From an uncultured Acidobacteriota bacterium (lineage in GTDB: Bacteria; Acidobacteriota; UBA6911), in contig CAWHCF010000034.1 in assembly GCA_963827655.1 (NCBI GenBank), positions 1 to 64,000 on the forward strand: a stretch of 64,000 bases of DNA, read 5' to 3'. This document shows positions 1 to 11,225 of the stretch, piece after piece. The notes beneath the pieces are model-generated. The model searched no databases. It had not been told where the DNA came from and was given only the letters and a program-made list of their open reading frames with translations. A program made the position numbers and the translations under genes. The first letter of the stretch is position 1. Every line of letters begins with the position of its first letter.

Positions 1-53
1 GAACCAGCCGACTTGGTCTACACGAGCCTGAGCGGAACCGGTGAGCTTCAGAC

Positions 54-1334
54 TCAAGGCGTGGTTTTCACCTTGCGCCGATAAGCCTGGCCCTTGAAGA
101 ACATGTGGACCCGATGGCCCTTGTAGGAAAGGTAAGACCCTGTTTTAGAAAGATGGGCGTCATCCAGGGTTTTGTCGCTGACCTTTCCAAGCAATGGCGC
201 CATGACGTATACCTGGCCGAAAAGCGGGTCGTCGGCGGGGTACAAGAACCGGTCGATGCCGGCCACCTTCTCCTTCTCAGGTTCTTTGACGACCACAACC
301 CAATGCCCCAGCGAAGGGCCCGGGGGATAATTGTAATCGACTCCCGTCATGACGGTGTTTCCGTCCTTGAAGTAGTCGGCGCCAATTGTGCCGGCGATGA
401 GTTCCTTTGAGCTTTCGATCCACTTCTCGTCGGCACCAGCGACATAGGCGGTCCCTGAGGCGGGCAAGTGGGTCTTCATGAACTCATATCCCTTCTTGGC
501 CGACTGCGCCTTGAAAGCGGCGAGAAGTCTGGGCATTTGCGTCATGATGTTCGCGACGGTGAAGCCACCCCAATTCGCTCCCCGCAAAGTCGCCTCAGTC
601 ACTGTAAGCTTGCCGATGGAGGTAGCGCTTTTTGAGGGACGCGGCGTCCCCTGGAGCGCCTCCGTTACAAGGTCGACGGGCTTTGCGTCGGGCTGCGCCT
701 TCCCCGCTACCTCAATGGAATCGGTCTTCGGATCTCCCGAGCGCTTGGGGTCTTTAGGGTTCAGCGGGGTGAAGGCGTACTCGAATTCCTCGCGCGTCAT
801 GTCTGGAGGGACGAGCCCGTAGCTCTGGATCATGTACATGACGGAGGTGCCGTAACAGGTCATTCCATACTCGTAGAGCACCTGATACGGGCGGGTAATC
901 TTGTCTGTCCTGCCGCCGGCCCGAACCCCATGACCTTGCGACTCGAACGAGGCTCTCTGAATCGAAGCCGGACGGTCCTCCGATGTGTTGCCAGGTGTGC
1001 CGGCCTCGGTGCCGGAGGACGTGTGCTCCCCGGCACGCAGATCTTTGATCCCCTCGCCAACTGCGAACTGCCGCACGTCATCCGCAGGCTGCTCATACGG
1101 GTCTGCCGCTCGTCCCACAGGCTCTTGAAGCTGAACGCTTCTCCGAGGAGACTGCCCACGATCTCGCTGCCGCGACTGAAGCATGGCAGATACAGCCCGG
1201 TTGCCGATGCGGTGTTGCAAATAGAGAATCGGATGTGAATGGGTGACAGGTCTGGACACTACGGTCCTGGACCTTCCGGGGTCAAGTGATCCGGCTTGGT
1301 ATCTTCGAACTTCCTGCTTGGCAAATGTGCGCAC
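54..1334 (-). CDS. eCIS/DUF4157-type leader fused to a papain-like (C39-like) cysteine peptidase domain; putative effector
   Basis: N-terminal HPILYLQHRIGNRAV and DPYEQPADDV motifs, IQR junction, then TCYGTSVMYM ... GHWVVV ... DDP (Cys-His-Asp order); GGAGAGG RBS before GTG. Confidence 0.6.
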   Translation of the reverse strand: MRTFAKQEVRRYQAGSLDPGRSRTVVSRPVTHSHPILYLQHRIGNRAVSAMLQSRQRDRGQSPRRSVQLQEPVGRAADPYEQPADDVRQFAVGEGIKDLRAGEHTSSGTEAGTPGNTSEDRPASIQRASFESQGHGVRAGGRTDKITRPYQVLYEYGMTCYGTSVMYMIQSYGLVPPDMTREEFEYAFTPLNPKDPKRSGDPKTDSIEVAGKAQPDAKPVDLVTEALQGTPRPSKSATSIGKLTVTEATLRGANWGGFTVANIMTQMPRLLAAFKAQSAKKGYEFMKTHLPASGTAYVAGADEKWIESSKELIAGTIGADYFKDGNTVMTGVDYNYPPGPSLGHWVVVVKEPEKEKVAGIDRFLYPADDPLFGQVYVMAPLLGKVSDKTLDDAHLSKTGSYLSYKGHRVHMFFKGQAYRRKVKTTP

Positions 1335-1395
1335 CGCTCACCTCTCCAGGTATCAGGAGGCCTGACTGGCCCGCTTCTGTTCCAGTTGAATGGCT

Positions 1396-4044
<2,649 letters not shown>

Positions 4045-4066
4045 AGAAGTCTCTCCGTTTCGACTC

Positions 4067-4300
4067 TTACAACCTGCTGCGCAACAGATCGTTTTGGCAT
4101 TGGACGGCGCGCAGCCGGGGGATGACGGAAACATCAAACAGCGGGCGGGCGCCTGCCCATTCGACCGGCTCTACCAGTCCGGATTCGATCAACCGTTCAA
4201 CCAGCCCCGGGTGAATGCCAGCGCTCGAGGCGAGTCCCTCCAGTGTGAGATGGCTCCTCGCGTCCCTGAGTAAAGCCATTTCGTATCGTCGCGGGTTCAT
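4067..4300 (-). CDS. cbpM: CbpM-like chaperone modulator (MerR-like HTH), shortened
   Basis: Lies between dnaJ/cbpA and clpB; [26 protein letters not shown]; lacks the usual LGxNLxG helix pair. Confidence 0.65.
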   Translation of the reverse strand: MNPRRYEMALLRDARSHLTLEGLASSAGIHPGLVERLIESGLVEPVEWAGARPLFDVSVIPRLRAVQCQNDLLRSRL

Positions 4301-5322
4301 TTCTTGGGTACCTTCATCAACTCGCGCGCATTGAAGCGCGACTGAGCGGCCAGCTTCTGGAAAAGATCTTTTTCGCTGTCCGACAGTTTCGGAGGGATGA
4401 CGATCTTGAGCTTCACGTACTCGTTCCCCCGACCACCTCCCCGGCGATTCAGGCCTTGTCCGCGCAGCCTCAGCCGCTGGCCTCCCTGAGCGCCGGCAGG
4501 AATCGTCATCTCGACCGGACCATCAAGCGTCGGGACATTCGCCCTCCCTCCCAGCGCAGCCTCCCAGGGCGCGACCGGTAGTTCGATCTGCACGTCGTCG
4601 CCCTGGATCCTGAACAGTGGATGCGGCTGAAGGCGCACGTGAAGGAAAAGGTCTCCTGGCGGACCGCCGTCCGTGCCCGGGTCGCCCTGTCCTGCCAGCC
4701 GGATGACCGATCCTTCGCGCACGCCTGCAGGGATCGTAACCTCGAGCGATTTGGGACGGCTGATAACGCCGGCGCCGCGGCAGGTGGGACACATCTTGTT
4801 GTCTTTTCTTCCCGTCCCGGCGCAGTCCGGGCAGGTCTCGGTCCCCTGGAGCGCAAGGGACCGGGTCGTGCCCCGGTGGGCCGCCTCAATCGGGAGTGCG
4901 ATTTCGGCCTCGATATCCTGACCGCGCATGCGAAAGCCTGCGCCTGCGCGAGCGCTCCGCTTTCCTCCGAACAACGACTCGAAGAAATCGCTGAACCCGC
5001 CCGGCTCACGGCCAGAGCCGAATAAATCGCCGAGGTCTCCGTACTCGACCCGCATGCCTTCCCACCCGGGCGGCGGAGTGAAGTCGGCGCCGGCCTTCCA
5101 GTTTTGTCCCAGCTGGTCGTAACGCTTGCGCTTCTCGGGATCGGATAAGACTTCATTGGCCTCGTTGATCTGCTTGAATTTCTCTTCCGCAGATTTGTCT
5201 CCAGGGTTAACGTCGGGATGATATTTGCGCGCCTGCTTGCGGAAGGCCTTACGGATTTCGTCCTCGCTCGCGGTGCGAGGAACACCGAGGACCTCATAGT
5301 AATCTTGAAATTTAACCGCCAT
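4297..5322 (-). CDS. DnaJ/CbpA-class J-domain co-chaperone
   Basis: [11 protein letters not shown] motif, G/F region, two CxxCxGxG motifs, DnaJ C-terminal domain. Confidence 0.93.
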   Translation of the reverse strand: MAVKFQDYYEVLGVPRTASEDEIRKAFRKQARKYHPDVNPGDKSAEEKFKQINEANEVLSDPEKRKRYDQLGQNWKAGADFTPPPGWEGMRVEYGDLGDLFGSGREPGGFSDFFESLFGGKRSARAGAGFRMRGQDIEAEIALPIEAAHRGTTRSLALQGTETCPDCAGTGRKDNKMCPTCRGAGVISRPKSLEVTIPAGVREGSVIRLAGQGDPGTDGGPPGDLFLHVRLQPHPLFRIQGDDVQIELPVAPWEAALGGRANVPTLDGPVEMTIPAGAQGGQRLRLRGQGLNRRGGGRGNEYVKLKIVIPPKLSDSEKDLFQKLAAQSRFNARELMKVPKK

Positions 5323-5404
5323 GACCAGTCGGCAAGTAAGTAATGAGATGTTGTGGAGGGACCGAGTTAGTGGTGCCGGGATCGATTCCTGTTGCTTTGG
5401 CCAT
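5312..5404 (-). pseudogene. dnaK: dnaK N-terminal stub (30-codon ORF, first 15 codons DnaK-like)
   Basis: AGGAGG RBS then [15 protein letters not shown], matching the Hsp70 GIDLGTTNS signature; similarity stops after codon 15. Confidence 0.85.
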
Positions 5405-5507
5405 GAGCGGGATCCCTCCTGGGATGGTTGTAGCCTGACGCCTCAAGATAACACACCTGAAGTTTCGGTATGCTGATAAGGGGCCTACTATTCTAACGCA
5501 ACTCTAA

Positions 5508-5523
5508 CGCAACACGCATGCCA
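5508..5523 (-). promoter_or_regulatory. sigma54 (-24/-12) promoter of the chaperone operon
   Basis: Minus strand TGGCAT-GCGTG-TTGCG fits TGGCAC-N5-TTGC, about 100 bp upstream of the dnaK stub. Confidence 0.7.
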
Positions 5524-5636
5524 TCAGGAGAGCCGAGAGTCTAAATCAACGATTGAGTGCTAAAGGGTACGGTGTCTGGCTTCAACTTCCCGATGGCGGT
5601 ACCGATTCTCCGGTTACGGTCGACGAATTGGAACGG

Positions 5637-5700
5637 GCGAAGCAAGCTACCGCACTCCAAGAGCGCCTCTGGAGTGCGCAAGCTAGATTTCTGCGCAGTC
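5637..5700. repeat. REP-like palindrome (GCAAGCTxCCGCACTCCAA family)
   Basis: GCACTCCA..TGGAGTGC inverted repeat; related copy GGCAGCAAGCTGCCGCACTTCAAA at about 25200-25225. Confidence 0.55.
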
Positions 5701-5895
5701 TCCTATTGTTATAGTTCCCGATTGAATATGCGAGCAATCCTGGCCTCAGGCGCTGGAAGATCCATCGAAACCGAAGACAGCAACCAGGATGGGAAGTAGA
5801 ATAGCGCGGTTCGAGAAGCATCGGGCCTGGTACGGCCGGATTGCGGGCGCGCGGCGAGAAGCTTCGGGTCCAGACGTCAGTCCGCATGAAAGGAG

Positions 5896-6204
5896 ATGGT
5901 CATGGTTAATGTAGCGTTACTCGTTCGACTGGAGGCGAAACCAGGAAAAGAGGCGGAGGTTGCAAGCTTCCTGCAAGGGGGCTTGCCGGTGGTCCAGGCG
6001 GAGCCCGCAACCATCGCGTGGTTCGCGATTCGCCTCGGTCCATCGACGTTCGGCATCTTCGATGCCTTCCCGGACGACGCGGGCCGGCAGGCGCACCTTT
6101 CCGGCCGCGTTGCGGCCGCATTGATGGCGAAAGCTTCCGAGCTTCTCGCGCAACCGCCCGTTATCGAGCAGGTCGACGTCCTTGCGGCCAAGCTGCCGCG
6201 GTAG
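5896..6204 (+). CDS. Antibiotic biosynthesis monooxygenase (ABM) family protein
   Basis: ALLVRLEAKPGKE...FGIFDAFPD.GRQAHL; AAGGGAG RBS. Confidence 0.85.
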   Translation: MVMVNVALLVRLEAKPGKEAEVASFLQGGLPVVQAEPATIAWFAIRLGPSTFGIFDAFPDDAGRQAHLSGRVAAALMAKASELLAQPPVIEQVDVLAAKLPR

Positions 6205-8946
6205 ATGCCAACTGTAATGGCAACGAGCAATCCCGAATTGAATGCAGATGGGTTGAATCATCGCGTCGAGGTCTCACCCCACGCCGTTGAAGCGGCGGAC
6301 ACGCTTCGAGCTCTGGGCGTTGATTTGCGGCGCGGTCTGACTAATGAAGAGGCAGCGAAGCGGCGTGCCCGCCATGGCATGAACGTCCTGCAAAGTATCC
6401 GCCCGCGCCCGGCGTGGCGCATCCTGCTGGATCAGTTTAGGAGTCTCATTGTCGGGTTGCTTGGTCTCGCCGCGGTGGTGGCGTGGGCCACGGGTGACGC
6501 GGTCGAAGCGGCGGCGATTCTGGTTGTGCTGGTGTTGAATGCGTTCGTCGGTTTCGCCACAGAATGGCAGGCAGGGCGCGCTCTTGATGCGCTGCGGCGT
6601 CAGGCGCGCACGCAGGCGCGGGTGCGGCGCGATGGCCGCGAAATAATCCTTGATGCGGCAGACCTCGTGCCGGGCGACATCATCGTCCTCAACGCTGGTG
6701 ACCGCGTGCCGGCCGACGCGCGGATCATTGAGGCCGCAAGCCTCCGTGTTGAAGAGTCGGCTCTGACCGGCGAGAGCGCCACCGTGGGGAAGGCCGTCAT
6801 TCCGGTGGCGAGTGAAGCGTTGCTGGCGGAGCGTCACTCGATGGTGTATCTCGGCACGACGATCGTAGCAGGACACGCGGTAGCTGTGGTAACGGCGACG
6901 GGCGCCCAAACGGAGCTGGGCAGGATCGGGCGATTGGTTGCGGAGGTCCCGGACGAATCCACACCGCTGGAACGCCGGCTGGCAGAGCTTGGCCGCCGTC
7001 TGGTTTATATCGTCCTGGCGATTGCGGCCGTGGTCATTGTCGCCGGCTGGCTGCGGGGAGATAACCTGTGGATGATGGTGAAAGTGGGGGTCAGCCTGGC
7101 GGTCGCCGCGGTGCCTGAAGGTTTGCCGGCGGTGACGACGCTCATTCTGGCTCTTGGAGTGTTGCGCCTGGCGCGCGAGCGCGCAATCGTGCGGCGGCTT
7201 CCGGCCGTGGAAACGCTCGGCAGCACCACCATCATCTGCACGGACAAGACCGGCACTCTCACTGAGAACCGCATGACGGTGCGCGAGTATCGTCTGGCAG
7301 GTGGTCAGATCCTTGAGCTTGATGGATCGCGCCCGTTGCTTGAAGACAACCCGCTCCTGTCGCGCGCACTGCGTGTGGGAGTGCTGTGCAACGAAGCGGT
7401 CCTTGATCCGCAAGCACCGGATGCTGCGCGCGCGGTTGGCGATCCGACGGAGATCGCATTGCTCGTGGCCGCCAATGGGCTGGGCATGGATGTGGCGGCC
7501 GAGCGCGCCCGCTATTCGCCGCTGGACCAACGCCCGTTTGATGCAGCAACGAAGCGGATGATCACAGTACATCGGGGGCCGGATGGGATGCGCCTGGTAG
7601 CTCTCAAGGGAGCGCCGGCGGCTGTGCTGGAGCTCTGTGACAACTATGCTGAGAGCAGCGCCGCCGGGCGCCGGCTTGATCGCGAGGCGCGCCAGCGTCT
7701 TCTGGCGGTGAATGAGGAGATGGCGGACCGCGCATTGCGCGTGCTCGCGCTGGCTGAGAAGCGCCTCGATCACGCGGATGAAGCTCGAGGATCAGCCGCC
7801 ATCCCTGATGCGGAGATCCTAAGCGGTTACACCTTTCTGGGTTATGTGGGCATGATGGATCCGCCGCGCGCCGAAGCCGCCGGCGCAATTCGCCAAGCGC
7901 GTGAAGCGGGCATCCGCGTTGTCATGTTGACTGGGGACCAGATTCGCACTGCGCGCGCCATCGCGCGGGAATTGCGCCTGAGCGGAGGCGCAGAGCCGTA
8001 CGCCCTCCATGCCCGCGATCTTGCCCAGGCCAGTCCCGACCGCATCGCTGAACTGGCCCGTACCACCGATGTCTTCGCCAGGGTCTCGCCCGAAGACAAG
8101 CTCAACATCGTCGCCGCGTTGCAACAGGGCGGTGAGATCGTGGCTGTCACCGGCGACGGCGTCAACGACGCGCCGGCGCTCAAACGTGCCGACATCGGTG
8201 TGGCCATGGGCCAGCGCGGGACCGAAGCGGCGAAAGAGGCGGCTGATGTGGTGCTGGCCGACGACAACTTCGCCACCATTGTGCGCGCGGTCGAAGGCGG
8301 GCGCACGATCTACGCGAACATAGTAAAGTTCGTGCACCTGATGTTTACCCACAACCTCGGCGAGGTCATAACCATCTTTCTCGCGATCGTCGCCGGATGG
8401 CCGCTGCCGCTGTTGCCGCTCCAGATTTTGTGGATCAATCTGGTCACGGACGTGTTTCCGGCACTCGCGCTGGCGGTGGAGCCGAGTGCGCCGGACGTGA
8501 TGCGCCGCCGGCCGCGCTCCCCGCGAGCGACGTTGTTATCGCGCCAATTCCTCTTACTCATCGCCTGGCAGGGAACGCTGCTCGGCGGCATTGCGCTTGC
8601 GGTCTATTACTGGGCATTGCATGTTTACGGGGCAGGACCGCACGCTCGTACGCTCGCGTTGCTGGCGCTCGTGGGCGTGCAACTCGGTCACATGTTTAAC
8701 TGTCGTTCGCGGCGTCACTCAGCCTTCACGGGCCTTTTCCGCAATCCATTCGTCTGGCTCGCAACGGCGGCAGTGATCGGGCTGCAACTGCTGGCGCTCT
8801 ATCTGAAGCCGCTGGCGCGCGTCCTTGATACCGTGGTGCCCACGTTCACCGACTGGATGGTGGTCGCCGCTTGCATGGTGGCGCCCATCATCGTGGTGGA
8901 AGGCACGAAGATGTTTGCCCGGCGGAAACAAGAGCAGAAGGGCTGA
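6205..8946 (+). CDS. Cation-transporting P-type ATPase (type IIA, Ca2+-like)
   Basis: TGES, PEGL, DKTGT phosphorylation site, KGAP, MLTGD, TGDGVND motifs; about 10 TM segments. Confidence 0.95.
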   Translation: MPTVMATSNPELNADGLNHRVEVSPHAVEAADTLRALGVDLRRGLTNEEAAKRRARHGMNVLQSIRPRPAWRILLDQFRSLIVGLLGLAAVVAWATGDAVEAAAILVVLVLNAFVGFATEWQAGRALDALRRQARTQARVRRDGREIILDAADLVPGDIIVLNAGDRVPADARIIEAASLRVEESALTGESATVGKAVIPVASEALLAERHSMVYLGTTIVAGHAVAVVTATGAQTELGRIGRLVAEVPDESTPLERRLAELGRRLVYIVLAIAAVVIVAGWLRGDNLWMMVKVGVSLAVAAVPEGLPAVTTLILALGVLRLARERAIVRRLPAVETLGSTTIICTDKTGTLTENRMTVREYRLAGGQILELDGSRPLLEDNPLLSRALRVGVLCNEAVLDPQAPDAARAVGDPTEIALLVAANGLGMDVAAERARYSPLDQRPFDAATKRMITVHRGPDGMRLVALKGAPAAVLELCDNYAESSAAGRRLDREARQRLLAVNEEMADRALRVLALAEKRLDHADEARGSAAIPDAEILSGYTFLGYVGMMDPPRAEAAGAIRQAREAGIRVVMLTGDQIRTARAIARELRLSGGAEPYALHARDLAQASPDRIAELARTTDVFARVSPEDKLNIVAALQQGGEIVAVTGDGVNDAPALKRADIGVAMGQRGTEAAKEAADVVLADDNFATIVRAVEGGRTIYANIVKFVHLMFTHNLGEVITIFLAIVAGWPLPLLPLQILWINLVTDVFPALALAVEPSAPDVMRRRPRSPRATLLSRQFLLLIAWQGTLLGGIALAVYYWALHVYGAGPHARTLALLALVGVQLGHMFNCRSRRHSAFTGLFRNPFVWLATAAVIGLQLLALYLKPLARVLDTVVPTFTDWMVVAACMVAPIIVVEGTKMFARRKQEQKG

Positions 8947-9325
8947 GGATAGTTAAGAGGATGCGCAATCACTCATGCAAAACAGCTCCCCTTAGCCGCC
9001 GGTCGTAGTGACAATCCGGCGTCACCGTTGAGTACATAAATGCGGTGGCGTATTTGCGACAGGCTCTTTGGGCCAACCGAGGACGCCCATCTTCGCCTCG
9101 ACGGTCATCCCGGGTCAGACGGATCCATTCACTCAATGACGAGAATCATATAAATGCCGCGAAACGTCCGGCACGGCAAGCTTCGCCAAACCAAAGCTTG
9201 CTGAATCGGCAGGAAATCGCCGATTGAAGGACCCTCCGGGGAACCTGCGCATGCCTCCACCCCGGGGATGCGAAGAGGCAATGCCGAGCGATCCAGGTTG
9301 AAGTGGCGTAAGGGGAGAGCTTATC

Positions 9326-9420
9326 ATGGCGCGTCACGATAGTTACCCAATTGCGTTTCCCATACTCGACGATGCACAGATCACGGCATTGGGCCAGTTC
9401 GCGACATTCGAGCCGTTCCA
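9326..9420 (+). pseudogene. N-terminal stub resembling a cNMP-domain thioredoxin-reductase-like oxidoreductase
   Basis: AAGGGGAG RBS then MARHDSYPIAFPILDDAQITALGQFA; similarity lost after about 30 codons; a zf-UBP gene, often its neighbour, lies downstream. Confidence 0.5.
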
Positions 9421-9515
9421 CGTGGCGCAGGCCAGAGTTTGCCGCGGCGTGAGCGTTCATGGAAAAGCGAATAGAGGGGGAAACAGTCACGGATCAGATC
9501 ACCAGGAGGTCTTTC

Positions 9516-9914
9516 ATGGTCACCCTTGATGATGCAAGAAAAGTCATTGCTGCTGCTGAGAAGAAGGCCGCGGAAATTGGCCAACCCATGAACATAGCGG
9601 TCGCCGATGCGGGAGGCAACCTGATCGCTCACGCGCGCATGGACGGGGCCTGGATTGGTAGTATTGATATTTCCATCAAAAAGGCCTTTACCTCGCGCGC
9701 CTTCGATATTGCCACGAAGGATCTGGCGACACATTCTCAATCCGGCGGACAGTTTTTCGGCATTCATGCGTCCAACGATGGACGGATCATGATCTTTGCG
9801 GGCGGCATTCCACTCAAACGGGACGGGAAGGTGGTTGGCGCCATAGGAGTGAGCGGCGGCTCAGGCGAGCAAGACCATGCTGTGGCTGAGGCGGGCGCCA
9901 AAGCGTTCAAGTAG
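9516..9914 (+). CDS. GlcG/HbpS family heme-binding protein
   Basis: NIAVADAGGNL..HARMDGA, KKAFTS, GGIPL...VGAIGVSGG; AGGAGG RBS. Confidence 0.9.
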   Translation: MVTLDDARKVIAAAEKKAAEIGQPMNIAVADAGGNLIAHARMDGAWIGSIDISIKKAFTSRAFDIATKDLATHSQSGGQFFGIHASNDGRIMIFAGGIPLKRDGKVVGAIGVSGGSGEQDHAVAEAGAKAFK

Positions 9915-10197
9915 GACTTGAAAATCAAGCATGTCGACTTGGCGCCGAAGCGCCGCCCGTCTTGCTTTCGCGTTATTCAGCTCACGCTCAACCCCGAGTC
10001 GAGTGATTGAACCATTGGTCTACTCTTCGGCGCGATTCGGTTTTTCGCCGGAAATTGCCGGAGCGATCGACGGCTTCGTCCGCCGCAATTTCTCGTCCTG
10101 GCGTTTGGCTGGCTTATTTCGGCAAGAGGTCCCGCAAGTCCGCTGCTGATGCGAGGATTCTATTCTCTTGCCGCGGGCTTCAAGGAGGCTACCGGCC

Positions 10198-10452
10198 ATG
10201 AAATGCGCTCACCGAAGCCAGATCCGGGACGTTAGACCGCGCGCGAAGGGCTGTGAGGAGTGTCTCGCGATCGGGGATGACTGGGTTCATCTTCGTCTCT
10301 GCCTGACCTGTGGGCATGTCGGCTGCTGCGACTCGTCGAAGAACAAGCATGCCACCAAGCATTATTACGAGACGTCCCATCCGATTATCAGGTCGTTTGA
10401 GCCCGGGGAGAATTGGTTGTGGTGTTACCCCGATGATCTGTTCATGGAATAG
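10198..10452 (+). CDS. Stand-alone UBP-type zinc finger protein
   Basis: CEEC...WVHLRLCLTCGHVGCCDSSKNKHATKH; AAGGAGG RBS. Confidence 0.9.
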   Translation: MKCAHRSQIRDVRPRAKGCEECLAIGDDWVHLRLCLTCGHVGCCDSSKNKHATKHYYETSHPIIRSFEPGENWLWCYPDDLFME

Positions 10453-10479
10453 TCGAGAATTGCTCCACCTGCGATCTTA

Positions 10480-10618
10480 GGGCTCGCGCAGAAATAACTT
10501 CACATTCTGGCGCGCGAGTCGGTGGTCAATCATGAACCGGTTTCTTTTAGCTAAGCACGCGACGGATAGCGCCCCTGGGGGCCTGCAGCAGAATGCGAAC
10601 CTATTTCTGCGCGAACCC
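10480..10618. mobile_element. 139-bp MITE with ~30-bp terminal inverted repeats and TTA target duplication (ISAzo13-like ends)
   Basis: GGGCTCGCGCAGAAATAACTTCACATTCTG versus CAGAATGCGAACCTATTTCTGCGCGAACCC; TTA on both sides (10477-79, 10619-21). Confidence 0.8.
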
Positions 10619-10837
10619 TTAGTCCTGAATGCGATCGCTGGATCGCTTTGCGGACTGCACGGGCAATCCGCTCCCCGCGGCTTGATCGGCAGTCGTGCGG
10701 CCAGCCGCCAAAGGTACGGTAATTCGTGCGCGAGTCCTGGACGGGCCGGTTATCAATGGCCGGCCTTGCGCCGGTGTGAGTGTTCTGCAATTCAGGGCCA
10801 TAAAGGGTCAGTCATTCCTGGTTATATGCGAACGATC

Positions 10838-10853
10838 TGGCACTAAGGTTGCA
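10838..10853 (+). promoter_or_regulatory. sigma54 (-24/-12) promoter
   Basis: TGGCAC-TAAGG-TTGCA, an exact consensus match. Confidence 0.85.
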
Positions 10854-10863
10854 ATACGCCGTG

Positions 10864-11110
10864 TGGGGTTTCGAACACTGCGTGAATCGGCGGCATTACC
10901 GATTGAAAGACAAAGTGTTCGAGCCAAGCGAAATGGGGTAACGTTGCGAACGGTGCTAGAACCGCTCCGCGCTCGTGGAAAATGAGCGACTTTTGGGGCG
11001 ACGGTTGGGCCCGGCCCTTTGGGCGAAGAGCCTTTAACGGTTGAGACACGTCCCGCGGTTTTATGAGACCGACTAAGGGTTCCCGCTATAGGGAAAATTG
11101 CCCCGGTTTT
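10864..11110 (+). ncRNA. Candidate structured non-coding RNA (or very long structured leader) downstream of the sigma54 promoter
   Basis: Nested stems starting at the predicted +1 and ending in a closing helix plus TTTT; no credible ORF. Confidence 0.55.
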
Positions 11111-11225
11111 GAAAAAGAAAGGCAAGCCCTGCTACCGATTTGATTATGTGGAAGCCGGTTCACCAGAACTGGTTCAGCTGGCTATGTCATATCGATTGGG
11201 TGCCTCAGGGCAGAAAGGAAAGCTA

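Noticed and set aside
5537-5563. CIRCE (HrcA) operator upstream of the chaperone operon
   Set aside because: Only the right half GAGTGCTAA is present; the left-half position reads GAGTCTAAA, not TTAGCACTC.
10982-11044. 20-codon peptide inside the ncRNA candidate
   Set aside because: No clear RBS, and the start codon is buried in a predicted stem.
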